A stretch of DNA of 64,000 bases from Octopus vulgaris (Eukaryota): assembly GCA_951406725.2 (NCBI GenBank), contig OX597815.1, positions 6,138,001-6,202,000 on the forward strand. The letters are read 5' to 3'. Made by a program: the position numbers and the translations under genes. Below the pieces are notes generated by a model, which did not search any database, was not told the DNA's origin, and saw only the letters and a list, made by a program, of their open reading frames with translations. The stretch's first letter is position 1; each line of letters opens with the position of its first letter. Positions 39,032 through 53,210 of the stretch are shown here, piece after piece.

Positions 39032-39552
39032 TGAAATAGTTATGTGAGGCTGTCTGCGATTCTTGTTCACTTATTTTCGGAACAAACTTTCAGTCTTAGC
39101 CTTGGGAATACACACAAAAAAACGTGTGTTGTTTTGGAAAGACACGGCTACCATTAATCAATTAATTGTGAAGTGTTAATTATTATTTCATACAACTAAT
39201 TCCTCATGTCATTCTGGAGGAGACCTCTCATGATTTTCTGGATACGAATATTCTTGTGGAATTAACGATATATCTGTGAAATTAGGAAGAAGAATGTTTC
39301 CGATTCTTTAACGATCAAATTTCGGAAAATATAACAGGAAAACAAATGGAAATTATTGCTTTTCGTTAATCTAATTGATTTGAACTGATTTAATTATAAA
39401 GTTTAATAATATCATTATCTTCCAATATATACATATGCTCGCTAAAAGGTTAAGAAAGGGTGAAGAGCTAGGAATGTATCTAGGGGTTCACTAAGGGGGG
39501 AGATATTGAATAGGTAGGGTATTTTTACACCTTTTACCATAAGCAATATACT

Positions 39553-39717
39553 TACATACATACATATATTTACATACATACATACATAAATATACATACA
39601 TATATATATACATATATCTATATATACATATATATACACACTTCTATATATATATATATATATATATACATACACACACATACACAAATATATACATATA
39701 TATATATACATACAACC

Positions 39718-39799
<82 letters not shown>

Positions 39800-39886
39800 T
39801 AGATAGATAGATAGAGATAGACAGACAGACAAACAGAAAGACAGACAGACTGACTGACTGACAGACAGACAGGCAGACATACAGAC

Positions 39887-39969
<83 letters not shown>

Positions 39970-39975
39970 CATAGC

Positions 39976-40015
<40 letters not shown>

Positions 40016-40025
40016 CATATATATA
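39553..40025. repeat. (TA)n/(GATA)n/(GACA)n compound microsatellite
   Basis: Direct reading. Confidence 0.9.
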
Positions 40026-40905
40026 AAATATGGCGAAAACTGGAGCCAGCTAGCACTGGTAAAATTAGGGTTGTATTATAAAACCCTGACTTATAAACTA
40101 TGTATTCTGTTCCCTTACAGACCCCTACAAGTTATATAGATTCAGGGTAGTTGAGAAAAAGGGGTAGCATATACCAGTAAATATATTGCAAAGGACTTCC
40201 CCCTTAATAACTGCCATTCCCACCCTTACAATCTGCCAGACTCCCCAAGAATTTTGTTTAAGCATTCCACCACCACCACCACCGCCACCCCACATATATC
40301 CCCTACCTAACCAATTCTTACTGCTATATTCTTACCATTTACCGGTACCAGAGAAGAAAGGATATTTGTTATTTTCAGTATTAAATTTGTCAGAAGAAGA
40401 AATCGAAGGAGATTTTTAAGATTTTCTTCTCAAAGAAAAAAATACCAAAACTAAGAATTCAAAGAGAACAGACCAGATTCCTTCCGTTGACCTTAAAAAC
40501 CAGCAGTTCTTACAGAGAAAGAAGAAGGGAAAAAAATACTCAAATTTCTTTAACCCTCAAGGGACTGAAAAACCCTAAGTGGAAGAATTTTTGGATTTTC
40601 CCTAGCAGTTTTCTGAATTCTACAGAGTGACAACACAAACACACACACACACACACACACTGACACACACATATACAGAAGCATACTGACATACCTACTC
40701 ACACACGTGCACACACACACACATACACACACACACACTGATACATATACAGAAACATACTGACATACATACTCACACACGCACACACACACACACACAC
40801 TTACGTACACACACACACTGACACTTACACAGAGGCATACTGACATAAATATTCACACACACACACACATACACACGCAAAGACATATTCACACACAGAC
40901 ATATT

Positions 40906-40936
<31 letters not shown>

Positions 40937-41355
40937 CCATGCACAAACATACACACCAATACATGCTAACAATGCAGTCACATACTAACAGACACACACA
41001 CTAACACACACACACACACACTCACACTGATACACACACACACATTCCGTCTGAGAAACACACACATTGAAACTACAGCCCACTCGGTCTTCTACACACA
41101 CAAGAGGTGAGTACAAACTCTTCATTCTATTCATTCACCCCACCCCGCCGCCCTCTGCCCCCACCCCCATCCCTGACTGTTTTTTTTGCTTCCCTCTTCT
41201 TGTATTTCAGTAAAGGTTTCTGCTAATGTCTGTTGAAAAATATGAAACATGAACCCACGAAACCCCTACAAGCTAGGGCTGTGTTTGTCTGCTCACCTTG
41301 TAATAGATTTTGCATAACAGAAAATAACGATTTCTTTGTTGCCCACAAAACATCA

Positions 41356-41426
<71 letters not shown>

Positions 41427-41513
41427 TAATATGCTGACATTGTCAGTGAACAGGTCGCAGTCTTAAAGCAATGAAAATATTTTGACAAATTAAACTTAGA
41501 TGTTGAATAATAA

Positions 41514-41945
41514 TGTCTTGGTATAAAAGATGGGCCACAGCAAATATTCTGCTCAATACCACAGATTTGCTTGTCAGTTGTTTGACCTTAACCAGTTGAG
41601 CATGTCCCTTAGTGGCTGACAATATGTGCATCTTTGATCACGAGCAGAAGTAGTGGGGGAGCATCATAGCCATGTGTTGAGAGGGATACTTTGGGGTTTG
41701 AATAATTCACCTCTGGAAACATGGGTGTTTTGTTCATCATCCCTAAACAACCCTTATTCAGGGACCTTTTGAGCAGGATGGGTTACTCAACCTGAAGAAA
41801 ACCCTAATTGGGCCCCACGTGCAATGTGATGTGCTGTTTATCTTGATATGAGATCACCATGTCGCACACCCATCAATATACCCATCAGTTATGATGGGTA
41901 TATTGGGCTTTGCATATTTGTACCCCAGTGTCACTTTGATGGCAT
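41514..41945 (+). mobile_element. TAA-associated 560-bp repeat family, partial copy
   Basis: Matches 62600-63157; preceded by AATAATAAT. Confidence 0.85.
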
Positions 41946-42098
41946 GCCCAGCTGACAAAAAGGTATGCGATAAGGAAGAAAGAAAAGTCGAGAGATATGA
42001 CAGGTTAGCTTGGGAAGTTAAGCAGTTGTGGTCGATGAAAAAGGTGGTAGTAGTACCAATAATTGTCGGAGCCCTGGGAACAGTGAGTAAAAATCTCA
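41945..42098 (+). mobile_element. R4/Dong-like RLE fragment
   Basis: CPADKKV.DKEERKVERY..LAWEVKQLWSMKKVVVVPIIVGALG. Confidence 0.8.
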
Positions 42099-42713
42099 CT
42101 AGGCAATCAAAGAACCCCATAGACCCAGGATTATTCTGATCACCAAGGCTACAAGCCCTGGTCTCCAACCTACAGGAGCATGCTTAAGGAGCTCCAGTCA
42201 CCCTAACTATTTTTACAAGTCATCCACCTTTGGGAAAAATCTGCTGGAGGGGAACACCTCCCTTTCCAAGGGGAACTTAGAAATAATAATTTCTACCATA
42301 GACACAGGCATGGCTGTGTAGTTAAGAAGCTTGATTTGGAACCATGTGGTTTTCAGTTCAATCCCACGGAGTTACCCCTTGGGCAAGTTTCTTCTACTTT
42401 AGTCCCCAGGCCAACCATGGAAACTGAGTGGAAGCCTGTAACTGAGTATCCCTGTAACTTAGCAGTTTAGCAAAAGAAATCGACATCATGTAGCGAAAAC
42501 AGCATTAAGCCCTAGGGCCAGTTTCCTCAACTAAAACCCTTTAAGCTGGTGCCACAGCATGGGCACAATACAATAACTGAAACAAGAGAAGAGTAAACGA
42601 TAGGCAAAGGGCCTGAAATTTTTGTGAGGGTGGAGGGGGAAGAGTTGGTTAAATCAACCCCAGCATTTTACTGGTATATATATATATGTATATGTATGTA
42701 TATATATATATAA

Positions 42714-42753
<40 letters not shown>

Positions 42754-42761
42754 ATATATAG

Positions 42762-42918
42762 GTACAAGAGTGGCTGTGTGGTAAGTAGCTTGCTTACCAA
42801 CCACATGGTTCCGGGTTCAGTCCCATAGTGTGTCATCTTGAGCAAGTGTCTTCCACTATAGCCTCAGGCCGACCACAGCCTTGTGAGTGGATTGGGTAGA
42901 CGGAAACTGAAAGAAGCC

Positions 42919-42978
<60 letters not shown>

Positions 42979-43187
42979 GTTTGTGCATCTGTGTTTGTCT
43001 CCCACCATTGCTTCACAACCACAACTGATGTTGGTATGTTTACATCCCCCATAACTTAGCAGTTCAGCAAAAGACACTGATAGAATAAGTATTAGGCTTA
43101 TGAAGAATAAGACCTGGGGTCGATTTGTTCGACTAAAGGCGGTGCTCCAGCATGGCCATGGTCAAATGACTGAAACAAGTAAAGAAT
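42762..43187 (+). mobile_element. SINE family A (an older copy lies at ~42302-42600)
   Basis: Consensus match. Confidence 0.88.
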
Positions 43188-43207
43188 GACAATATATGTA
43201 TATATCT

Positions 43208-43582
43208 TCATCATCATCATCATCATTTAGCGTCCGTTCTCCATGCTAGCATGGGTTGGACGGTTCAACTGGGGTCTGTGAAGCCAGAAGGCTGCATCAG
43301 GCCCAGTCTGATCTAGTAGTGTTTCTACGGCTGGATGCCCTTCCTAACGCCAACCACTCCGTGAGTGTAGTGGGTGCTTTTTATGTGCCACCGGCACAGG
43401 TGCAGACGGGGCTGGCAAACGGCCACGGATGGATGGTGCTTTTTACGTGTCACTGGCACAGGGGCCAGGCGAGGCTGGCAACGGCCACGAACAGATGGTG
43501 CTTTTTACGTGCCACCGGCACGGGGGCCAGGCGAGGCTGGCAACGGCCACGAACGGATGGTGCTTTTTACGTGCCACTGGCC
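43208..43582 (-). mobile_element. RTE LINE 3'UTR
   Basis: Reverse-complement match with ~61-bp units. Confidence 0.85.
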
Positions 43583-43812
43583 TATATATATATATAGAGA
43601 GAGATATGAAATTTTGAATTTAGTTCACGCACCCCCAGTACTTTCCAGGCCACCAGGGGTCCATGGACCCCCAGGTTAGGAACCACTGGTCTAGAGGGTG
43701 TTAGTAGGCGGAGTCACATCATTCACCCTTTTTCAGTCTAATCTCTTTATCTTTGTTATGAGGGAAAGGTGTAGGTGAAGGACGTCAGCGTGTACCAAAA
43801 CTGAAGGAATTC

Positions 43813-44198
43813 TTTTATTTGTTTGTCATTTGACTGCGGCCATGCTGGGGCACTGCCTTTAGTCGAGCAAATTGACCCCAGGACTTATTCTTTGTAAGCC
43901 TAGGGCTTATCCTATTGGTCTCTTTTGCCAAACCGCTAAGTTACGGGAACATAAACACACCAACATCGGTTGTCAAGTGATGTTGGGGGGACAAATATCG
44001 ACACACAAACACACACACACACATGTATATATATATGATGGGCTTCTTTCAGTTTCCGTCTACCAAATCCACTCACAAGGCTTTCGTTGGCTCAAGGCTG
44101 TGTAGTAGAAGACACTTGCCCAAGGTGCCACGCAGTGGGTCTGAACCCAGAACCATGTGGTTGAGAAGCAGGCTACTTACCACACAGCCACTCCTGTG
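43813..44198 (-). mobile_element. SINE family A
   Basis: Reverse-complement match. Confidence 0.88.
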
Positions 44199-44339
44199 CC
44201 AAATTTCGTTTCGATGTTCTAGCATAGAATTTATTGGAGGGGATTGTACAGTGATGTTCATCCCTTTCCCAATAGCTATTAGAGATGTGGAATGAACTGG
44301 TGGCGGTGGCAGGAGAGAGGCAACTGAAATAGCAGTAAA

Positions 44340-44762
44340 ACTATAGACAAGGCCTGAAATTTTGGGGGAAGGGGCCAGTCCATTAGATCGACACCAGTAT
44401 GCAACTTGTACTTAATTTATCGATCCCGAAAGGATGAAAGGCAAACTCGACCTCGGCGGAATTTGAACTCAGAATATAAAGACAGATGAAATACCGCTTA
44501 GCATTTCGCCCAGCTTACTAACGTTTCTTATTTCTTTATTGCCCAAAAGGGGCCAAACACAGAGGGGACAAACAAGGACAGACAAACGGATTATGTTGAT
44601 TATATCGATCCCAGTGCGTAACTGGTACTTAATTTATCGACCCCGAAAGGAGGAAAGGCAAAGTCGACCTCGGTGGAATTTGAACTCAGAACGTAGCGGC
44701 AGACGAAATACCGCAAAGCATTTCGACCGGCGCGCTAACGATTCTGCCAGCTCACTGCCTTA
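44340..44762 (-). mobile_element. SINE family B head-to-tail dimer
   Basis: Two cores; junction AAAGAAATAA|GAAACGTTAG near 44525. Confidence 0.85.
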
Positions 44763-44786
44763 CTATAGACATAAAATAGGGATGAC

Positions 44787-44820
<34 letters not shown>

Positions 44821-45198
44821 GTGATGATGATGCGGAGGGGGAGATGAAGGTTGAAGAATGGAAGTGTCGGGGCGGTGGCGATGGCGGTGGCAGCGTAGTC
44901 GGGGGGAAGGAGTGGGAGGGCAAAAGGGGATCAAAGCCTGTGCGTCGCCAGTACTTAGAGTTCTGCTACAAGTTAACTGACAACAGCCTCCTACACCCTT
45001 CTCCACCCTCTCCTCTCCGCAGCCTCTTTCCTCCTCTTCCTTCCTCCACCTCCACCCCCACCGTTGCCGTGACGACAGATGCGAGAAGAAGGGGAGAGGA
45101 GGAAGAAAGTCGTGGTGGTGGTGGGGTGGTTCTCGAAAAATCTCAGCGAAAGATATTCAAAGAAAGAAACAGAAGCAAATGGGGTGAGAGACAGAGAT

Positions 45199-45238
<40 letters not shown>

Positions 45239-45302
45239 GAGGGAGAGAGAGAGAGAGGGGAAGAGGGAGAGAGAGAGAGAGAGAGGGAAAGAGGAAGGGA
45301 GG

Positions 45303-45333
<31 letters not shown>

Positions 45334-45701
45334 GGAGAGCGAGAGAGAGAGAAAAGAGGAAGAGAGAGAGAGACAAAGAGGAAAAGAGAGAAAGATGAGA
45401 CGGGAGGAGGTCGACGTGGTGCCTGTGTGCCAGACGAATTTGAAACCCCGGTATTTCAGTTCCCGGTTGGAGTCGTTTCACTCCATTTAACACTGCATTG
45501 AGAATAATTCTTGTATAGGCATACCTACACAAATGTGCCCCACCAATTTTGTTTTCCTCATAACTTCCAGAAAAATAGATATTTTGCAATGAAATTTTCT
45601 ACGAATCCCTTTCAGAGAGTGCAGATTACAATTATATCGGAATTTAATACATTGAAAAATAAATGGTGAGTTCGCACACATAGATACTGATATACCCCAC
45701 A

Positions 45702-46096
45702 TCTCTCTCTATATAAAAAGCTGAAGTTGTCTGTGTATGGCAGGTTTGGTAGCCTTCAACTAATACTATCTCCTCCGAGACCCTGCGGCACAAGTTGACC
45801 AAAATTGAGAGTATGATAGAAGAAGGCTTGCTCTTCCTTCCGTAGAAGAAAAAATTCAAATCGGACCATGTTAACACCAAAAATTATTTACATCAAAAAG
45901 GTGCTTATTTTTCTATGAAAATCCCTATTTTTAACGACTTTTTGACTGCTGTGTCGCCAGTTTTCGGTGTATTTCAAACAGAAAAATGTTCACTTAAAGA
46001 GAATAACAAGCTACATAATGCCAATTTTTTACTTTTCAAAAATTCCAATTCTAAAGGGTCGAAACAAACCCGAGCAACGCCGGGTGATACTGCTAG
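45702..46096 (+). mobile_element. Non-autonomous Helitron copy 2
   Basis: A|TC...subterminal hairpin...CTAG|T with no target-site duplication. Confidence 0.88.
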
Positions 46097-46143
46097 TTCT
46101 AATATATAATAAACACTTGAAAGTCGAAAAAAAATTAATGTAT

Positions 46144-46558
46144 AGGCGCAGGAGTGGCTGTGTGGTAAGTAGCTTGCTAACCAACCACATGGTTCCGGGT
46201 CCAGTCCCACTGCGTGGCATCTTGGGCGAGTGTCTTCTGCTATAGCCCCGGGCCGACCAATGCCTTGTGAGTGGATTTGGTAGATGAAAACTGAAAGAAG
46301 CCTGTCGTATATATGTATATATATATATATGTGTGTGTTTGTGTGTCTGTGTTTGTCCCCCTAGCATTGCTTGACAACCGATGCTGGTGTGTTTACGTCC
46401 CCGTTACTTAGCGGTTCGGCAAAAAAGAGACCGATAGAATAAGTACTGGGCTTACAAAGAATAAGTCCCGGGGTCGATTTGCTCGACTAAAGGCGGTGCT
46501 CCAGCATGGCCGCAGTCAAATGCCTGAAACAAGTAAAAGAGTAAAAGAGTAAAAGAGA
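46144..46558 (+). mobile_element. SINE family A, full length
   Basis: tRNA-like head, internal TA/GT tract, tail GGCGGTGCTCCAGCATGGCCGCAG..(GTAAAAGA)n. Confidence 0.93.
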
Positions 46559-46949
46559 GTATGTGTGTCTGTATGTATATGTGTGTGTGCTCATCATTTT
46601 TTTCTTTTCAGATCAAATTCCAATATAATTGTAATTTACACGCTCTGAGACGTAACTGTAGAGAATTTAATTTTAAAATACCCGGTTTTTTTTTTTTGGT
46701 TTTTTGAGGGGGAAAGTTTTAAGGAAATTAAGTCGGGGTAAGCACTCTTGCATAGGTATGCGAATTCCAGAAAATAATATATGCCAAGAACCTCATAGAC
46801 ATCACAACTCCTCGTTTCAAACCCGCTCCCCCCACTCACAGACATCTCTATGAATCGAAATTCCGTGTTTGTGTAAAAATCAACAGTACAGATACGATGC
46901 AGTTGTTGAAAGCAACAAAACTTTCCAAGCAAAATGTCTGTTATAAGAC

Positions 46950-47237
46950 GGTGAGTTGGCAGAATCGTTACCGCACCGAGCAAAATGCTTAGCGGTATTT
47001 CGTCTGTCTTTACGTTCTGAGTTCAAATTCCGCCGAGGTCGACTTTGCCTTTCATCCTTTCGGGGTCGATAAATTAAGTACCAGTTATGCACTGGGGTCA
47101 ATGTAATTGACTTAATACCTATGTCTGTCGATAAATTAACCACCAGTTTCGCACTGGAGTCCATGTAATCGACTTAATCCGTTTGTCTATCCTTGTTTGT
47201 CCCCTCTGTGTTTAGCCCCTTGTGGGCAGTAAAGAAA
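46950..47237 (+). mobile_element. SINE family B (tail type 1) with an internal duplication
   Basis: Core segment GTCGATAAATTAA..ACTGG is repeated. Confidence 0.85.
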
Positions 47238-47984
47238 TACATATAAGATTTAATCAAAGTCGAGTGTGGGACGCCGCTGAAATTTCGTCGCCACCTCAAA
47301 CTTGAGTGGTTCGGCAAAAGACAAGGATAGAATAAATAATAGTCTTGAAAAAACAAAAGTTCTGGGATCGTTACTCTCCACTCCACTTTAATGTTTCACA
47401 CATACACACACACACAGATATTTATGAATGTATATTTACTATATTATATATTTTCTCGCTTTATTGTACACGGGGGAGTAGAGATCGTCTGGTCTTGATG
47501 GATGTTGTAGGAGAGACTGTAACATATATATATAAATTGTCTTAAGATAAAGAGAGAGATGGAGGGAGAGGAGGGAGGGAGGCACGAAGGAGGAGGAGGT
47601 GAAAAGAAATACGATGTGAAGGGGAGGAGAGTGGAAGCGAGAGTGGGGGGGGGGGAGGAACCAGAGCCGCAGAGATTATGTTTATGTTTCTTTGGATCTG
47701 ATTATAAAATATTTATATCATGGCGAGTCTCTTTCATTCCCTCAACATCTGCATGCATTAAAATATAAATATACCTGCGTATCTGTTACACCACAGTGTG
47801 TGTAAGTATATACATACATAAGCGTAAATATTAAAACGAACTTTTTGCCCCCACCCCACAAGATGTTTTATAAAATCTTGAAAGAAAAAAGATTAGCACG
47901 GACGCAATAGGAGGGAGTTTTGTGTTGGTAAGGCGCCTTCGTTGTCTTAAACCTTTCAAACAACTCCTCTTAAATTTCCACAGC

Positions 47985-48248
47985 TGCAGGAGTGACTGTG
48001 TGGTAAGAAGCTTGCTTCCCGACCACATGGTTCAAGGTTCAGTCCCACCGCGTGACTCCTTCTGCATCTGTCTTCTACTCTAGCCTGGGGCCGACCAAAG
48101 TCTTGTGAGTGGATTTGGTAGACGGAAACTGAAAGAAGCCCGTCGTATGTGTGTCTGTGCGTGTGCACGCGCGGGCACTTGTGTCTGTCACTCTGTCCGT
48201 CACCACTTCTTGACAACCAGTTTTGGTGTGTTTATAAAACAAGTAGAA

Positions 48249-48328
<80 letters not shown>

Positions 48329-48402
48329 CATGGGGTCAGTTTACTCGACTAGAGGCGGTGCCCTAGCATGGCCGCAGTCAAATGACTGAAGCAAATAAAA
48401 GA
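47985..48402 (+). mobile_element. SINE family A, rearranged
   Basis: Head and tail match with an internal deletion. Confidence 0.8.
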
Positions 48403-48414
48403 ATACATATATGT

Positions 48415-48460
48415 ATTCCGATGAAGGGATACATAAAATATCCCGAAAACAGCTGTAAGA
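48415..48460 (+). ncRNA. Hammerhead-like motif with CCGATGA core
   Basis: CCGATGA-A-GGGATA(loop)TATCCC-GAAA-ACAGCTGT-A; stem I is weak. Confidence 0.6.
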
Positions 48461-48546
48461 CCACAAAGAAGAACAGATACACGCGCCAATATTATCACGG
48501 GTTGGATCGAACCCGTAACCACATGGGCTGCACTTATAATATACAT

Positions 48547-48871
48547 ATTGGTTTCAAATTTTGTCACAGGGCCAGCAACACATCAACTCCAGTGTTCAAC
48601 TGTAATTTTTTTATCGACCCCGACGAATGAAAGACAAAGTCGACCTCGGCGGAATTTGAACTCAGAACGTAGCGACAGACGAAATACCTATTTCTTTATT
48701 ACCCACAAGGAGCTAAACATAGAGGGGACAAACAAGGATAGACAAACGGATTAAGTCGATTACATGGACTCCAGTGCGAAACTGGTAGTTAATTTATCGA
48801 CCCCGAAAGGATGAAAGGCAAAGTCGACCTCGGCGGAATTTGAACTCAGAACGTAACGGCAAACGAAATAC
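48547..48871 (-). mobile_element. SINE family B dimer
   Basis: Junction AAAGAAATAG|GTATTTCG at ~48688. Confidence 0.85.
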
Positions 48872-49098
48872 TTTGATTAAATCTTATATGTGCATGTCTG
48901 TGTGAGCGTGTGTCTGTGTGTGTATGATGTTCAGCTTTTTGACTTCAGTTCTAAGTCGAATGAAACGATCCCAGAACTTTTGTTTTTTCAAGACTATTAT
49001 TTATTCTATCCTTGTCTTTTGCCGAACCACTAAGTTTCGGGGACGTAAACGCACCAACACCGCTTGTCAAACGGCGGGAGGAGACACTGACTCAGACA

Positions 49099-49138
<40 letters not shown>

Positions 49139-49332
49139 TACGACGGGATTCTTTCAGTTTCCTTCTACCAAATCCACTCACTAGGCTTTAGTCAATTCAA
49201 GGCTATAGTAGAAGACACTTGCCCAAGATGCCATGCAGTGAGACCATACGGCCACGCCTGGACAGGATTTCTAACAATGTTTGGGATTGGTTCATAAGAA
49301 GAAGTATACTTAACGGTAATGTGACTAAGGTC

Positions 49333-49872
49333 AGGTGTAGGTGTGGCTGTGTGGTAAGAAGCTTGCTTCCCAATTATATTGTTCCGGGTTCAGTCCCACT
49401 GCGTGGCACCTTGGGCAAGCGTCTTCTACTATAGTCTTGGGCCGACCAAAGCTTTGAGTGGATTTGGTAGACGGAAACTGAAAGAAGCCCATCGTATGTG
49501 TGTGTGGTATGTGGTGTGTATGGTGTGTGTGTGTGAGTGTGTGTGTGGTGTGTGAGTGTGTGTATCGCATATGTGTGTGTGTATCGGGCATGTGTGTGTA
49601 TCGTGCATGTGGGTGTGGTGTGGTGTAGTGTGTGTGTGGGTGTGGTGTGGTGTAGTGTGTGTGTGTGTGTGTCTATGTTTGTCCTCTACCACCGCTTGAC
49701 AACCGGTGTTGGTGTATTTATGTCCCTGTAATTTAGCGGTTCGGCAAAAGACAAAGAGAGAATAATACCAGTTTCAAAATGCAAAAGTACTGGTGTCGAT
49801 TCATTCGACTAAAAACTCCTCTAGGTGGTGCCCCAGCATGGTCGCAGTCTAATGACCGAAACAAGTAAAAGA
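49333..49872 (+). mobile_element. SINE family A (an opposite-strand partial copy lies at ~48945-49240)
   Basis: Consensus match with an expanded GT tract. Confidence 0.85.
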
Positions 49873-50042
49873 TTAAAAAAAAAAAACTAATCTGGAATAC
49901 TTCAATCCTTTGGTGATGTTCCAAAAACCCTTTCCCTCCACCCCGTTCTTTGTTGTTTCCAACTTAGTAACATTTAAAATCATGTTCTATATTTCAACTA
50001 ACATATTGATGTATCCTTTCTCAAGAATACATTTAGAATATA

Positions 50043-50432
50043 GTAGCAGTATCGCCCGGCGTTGCTCGGGTTTGTTTCGACTCTTTAGTATTGGAATTTT
50101 TGAAAAGTAAAACTTTTGCATTATGTAGCTTGTTATGCTCTTTAAGCGAACATTTTTCTGGTTGAAATACACCGAAAAAGGCGACACAGCAGTCAAAATA
50201 TCGTAAAAAATAGGGATTTTCATAGAAAAAAAGCACCTTTTTGATGTAAATAATTTTTGGTGTTAACATGGTCCGATTTGAATGTTTTCTTCTACATAAG
50301 GAAGAGCAAGCCTTCTTCTATCATACTCTCAATTTTGGTCAACTTGTGCCGCAGGGTCTCGGAGGAGATAGTGTTAGTTGAAGGCTACTAAACTGCCATA
50401 CACAGACAACTTCAGCTTTATATATAGAGAGA
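50043..50432 (-). mobile_element. Non-autonomous Helitron copy 3
   Basis: Reverse complement of copy 2; A|TC start, CTAC|T end. Confidence 0.85.
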
Positions 50433-51081
50433 TTTCTTTTATAAGAATTCTTATTAATAGTTAGAAACCTAACTTTTCTTTTTCTAAATATATTTTATTT
50501 AACGTAATTTTATTGAACGCTAACAAAACCAACTTTCGCTATTAATATGAAAATGGTTTAACTGTTCGTTCTGTTTTATGCTGTGAATTGATTTGTACTC
50601 AGTGAACTTAAGAATTCAAACGCCAAATTTACTTTGACATTAAGCAGCCATTGCCATTTATTTTCTCTTCCCATAGAACTTTAATTTGCTCGAGTCTGAT
50701 AAAGAAATACATCCCAATATAGGGTAATGAATTATGGGAAGAAATCTGATACGCCTGCTTTCAATTAGAATCCTCCATTAGCACTGGTGGTGAATAGAAT
50801 CAAGTACATACTCTTAGAACTTTGAGAAGAATGGCCCAGGAAATAGCACTGCCGTGAAATTGGTTGATTAACCGATCAATTGATAGATCGATTAAACGTG
50901 CAAACCACTAAATATAATGGATTCGATTTGTCGAGTCATTTGAAACGTACGTAAGGGAATAAATCATCGCATGAACAGAATTCTTCATTGTTTATTTCTT
51001 TGCCATAGAGTTTGATAAGGGCCAACACACGAAACTCTCGGATCTTGAGTCACTATTGCTTCTGATATATATTATATATAT

Positions 51082-51437
51082 GCCGTGGTGATCTCATTCT
51101 TGCTCACAACATCATAAGCGGAAAGTGTAACCTCTCGAAAGAGCTGTTCTTCACTCCTGCTTCAGAGCGTCGGCTGCGGTGTCATTCCGAAAAGCTCTAT
51201 CTGCGACGATTTCATCTCAATCGAAGGAGAGGGCCTTTCTCCGTCCGGGTTGCGGATCCGTGGAATAAGCTGCCGGACAAGATAGTGAAGATGCCGACGA
51301 CTGCTAGGTTCAAAGTCTCCCTTGACCTCAAGTGGCCTGAACTCTTTGCATGAACACCACCCTGTACATAACTCCATGTCCCCCTACATGGCCCTGCTTT
51401 TTGCTTTTTGAGCCCAAAATTAACTAACTAACTAACA
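51082..51437 (+). mobile_element. CR1-clade LINE 3' fragment
   Basis: Same family as 21505-22019; (CTAA)n tail. Confidence 0.9.
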
Positions 51438-51456
51438 CATATATATATATATATAT

Positions 51457-51528
<72 letters not shown>

Positions 51529-51531
<3 letters not shown>

Positions 51532-51942
51532 ACTATGTAAATTAGGGGTTGTGGATCCAACCCACTAAGAGATAATACTTATCCTATTTACTGTTGGTAT
51601 AATACACAAGTGTTTTTAATTGCAATGCAATAAACTTACTTATTGTATTAAATAGGTGAAGGTAAAGAAATATTTTACGATTAATTTATATTACAAATAA
51701 GAAAACGGAAAAGCACATTAGTTGGTTCATCAACTTTAGGACATTAAAATGTTGACTTAATAATTTATATTCATGTTTTTTTAATAACTGCTTTTATTCT
51801 TATCTTATATGCATTGAATAATATATTATATGTATGTATGTTATTATGGTTGTCGTTTTGATAAATAAATAAGTCAACATTTTAATGTCCTAAAGTTGAT
51901 GAACCAACTAATGTGTTTCTCCATTTTCTTATTTGCTATATA
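51529..51942. mobile_element. AT-rich repeat with an inverted duplication, copy 2
   Basis: Matches 22020-22445; arms at ~51690-51768 and ~51861-51940. Confidence 0.75.
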
Positions 51943-52297
51943 TAAATATATATATATAATATACATAATATATAATATATAAAAAATACAAAATGGGACA
52001 AGAACGCAAAACATCCAGAGAGTTAGGTGATACAGATAGACGATACAAAGAAAACAAGGACGGGTCATTCGGAGTTTTCTTTCCTCAGTCGAGTTCAAGA
52101 TTATCTTTGCAATTTCGGCTGGTTATACTCGAGATTGCTCCGATCTGGCCTGCCTCAAGGAAAAACTAAGCTAAGAGCATTGGATTCCTTGGAATAAAGT
52201 AGCGAATGTACACGAAAACAAGGACGGAAAAAAACGGAGAATGTTACACAAATACAAATAACAGGACATAACAACAGGTGTCTTTCGACTAAGGACG

Positions 52298-52348
<51 letters not shown>

Positions 52349-52423
52349 AAAAAACAAAAGACAAAGACAGATGTGTAAACATCAAACAGATGTATTAGTT
52401 TAACACTCGGGAAGTGAGAAAGT

Positions 52424-52459
52424 CTTTTACGTTACGAGCCTACACTCTTCGACAGAAAG
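52424..52459 (-). ncRNA. Decayed hammerhead-like motif with CTGTCGA core
   Basis: Minus strand: CTTT-CTGTCGA-A-GAGT(gtag)GCTC-GtAA-CGTA-AAAG. Confidence 0.55.
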
Positions 52460-53210
52460 GAGCACAGTTAGAAACAAGGAAAGAAAATAGAAAAAGGTTT
52501 GGTGGCTATCGATCTATAATGGCGAATGCTGGACAGAGGGGGTCATACAGGAAAGCTAGGAAGAAGGGGAGATAATAAAGTAGTGGTGATCCCAAAACGA
52601 AGGTGTGCGTGCGTGTGTATGTGAGAGCGTGTATGTGCATGAGGAAACAAAGAGAAAGGGGAAGAAGGGGAGGAGAGAAGACAAAAGGAAAAAGAAAGTG
52701 AAGGAGAGAGAGAGAGAGGCAAGGCAACAAGTGCGGATTGAGAGAAACGATAATTAGAATAGGGATAGAAGTAATTAATACCAAAAAGGCCATCTTTATC
52801 TCCAACTTAACTTGCATGATGTGTTAGACCGTAGAATACAGAGGACCTCTCATATGGACTGGTGATGCATATAAGCAAGGAGAATGGAGTGGGTGATTCG
52901 TTTTATTACATAATTTTACTAAGGTTTCGTCAACATTTTACCATAATATTACTGCTGTAGTATTATTACATAATAAGCGAAATGATACATAATATCGGTA
53001 TTACTGTACCAATACTGGAAAATATCGACTCATCAGATTTACGTATAAAATCGATTTGCTGCATGAACCTGTATTTCATAGAACATAAAACCCCTCGTTG
53101 AAGATGTTTATATTATTTCATTAGCATATAATAGTTAAAACAAAAACACAAATACACAATAAATACAAATTCGGACCAACTAATCCAAGAAAATAAACAA
53201 ATGACTAATA

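Noticed and set aside
43625-43688. hAT-like terminus GGTTAGGAACCACTG (similar CAGTGGTTCCCAAC at 1223)
   Set aside because: Single ends without a partner terminus or TSD
51005-51056. Degenerate hammerhead (TTGATAA..GAAACTC..GAGTC)
   Set aside because: Two core mismatches and no convincing stem II
52060-52300. Minus-strand CTGAGGA, CAGCCGAAA and TAGTCGAAA hammerhead-like fragments
   Set aside because: A complete fold with core and all stems could not be assembled
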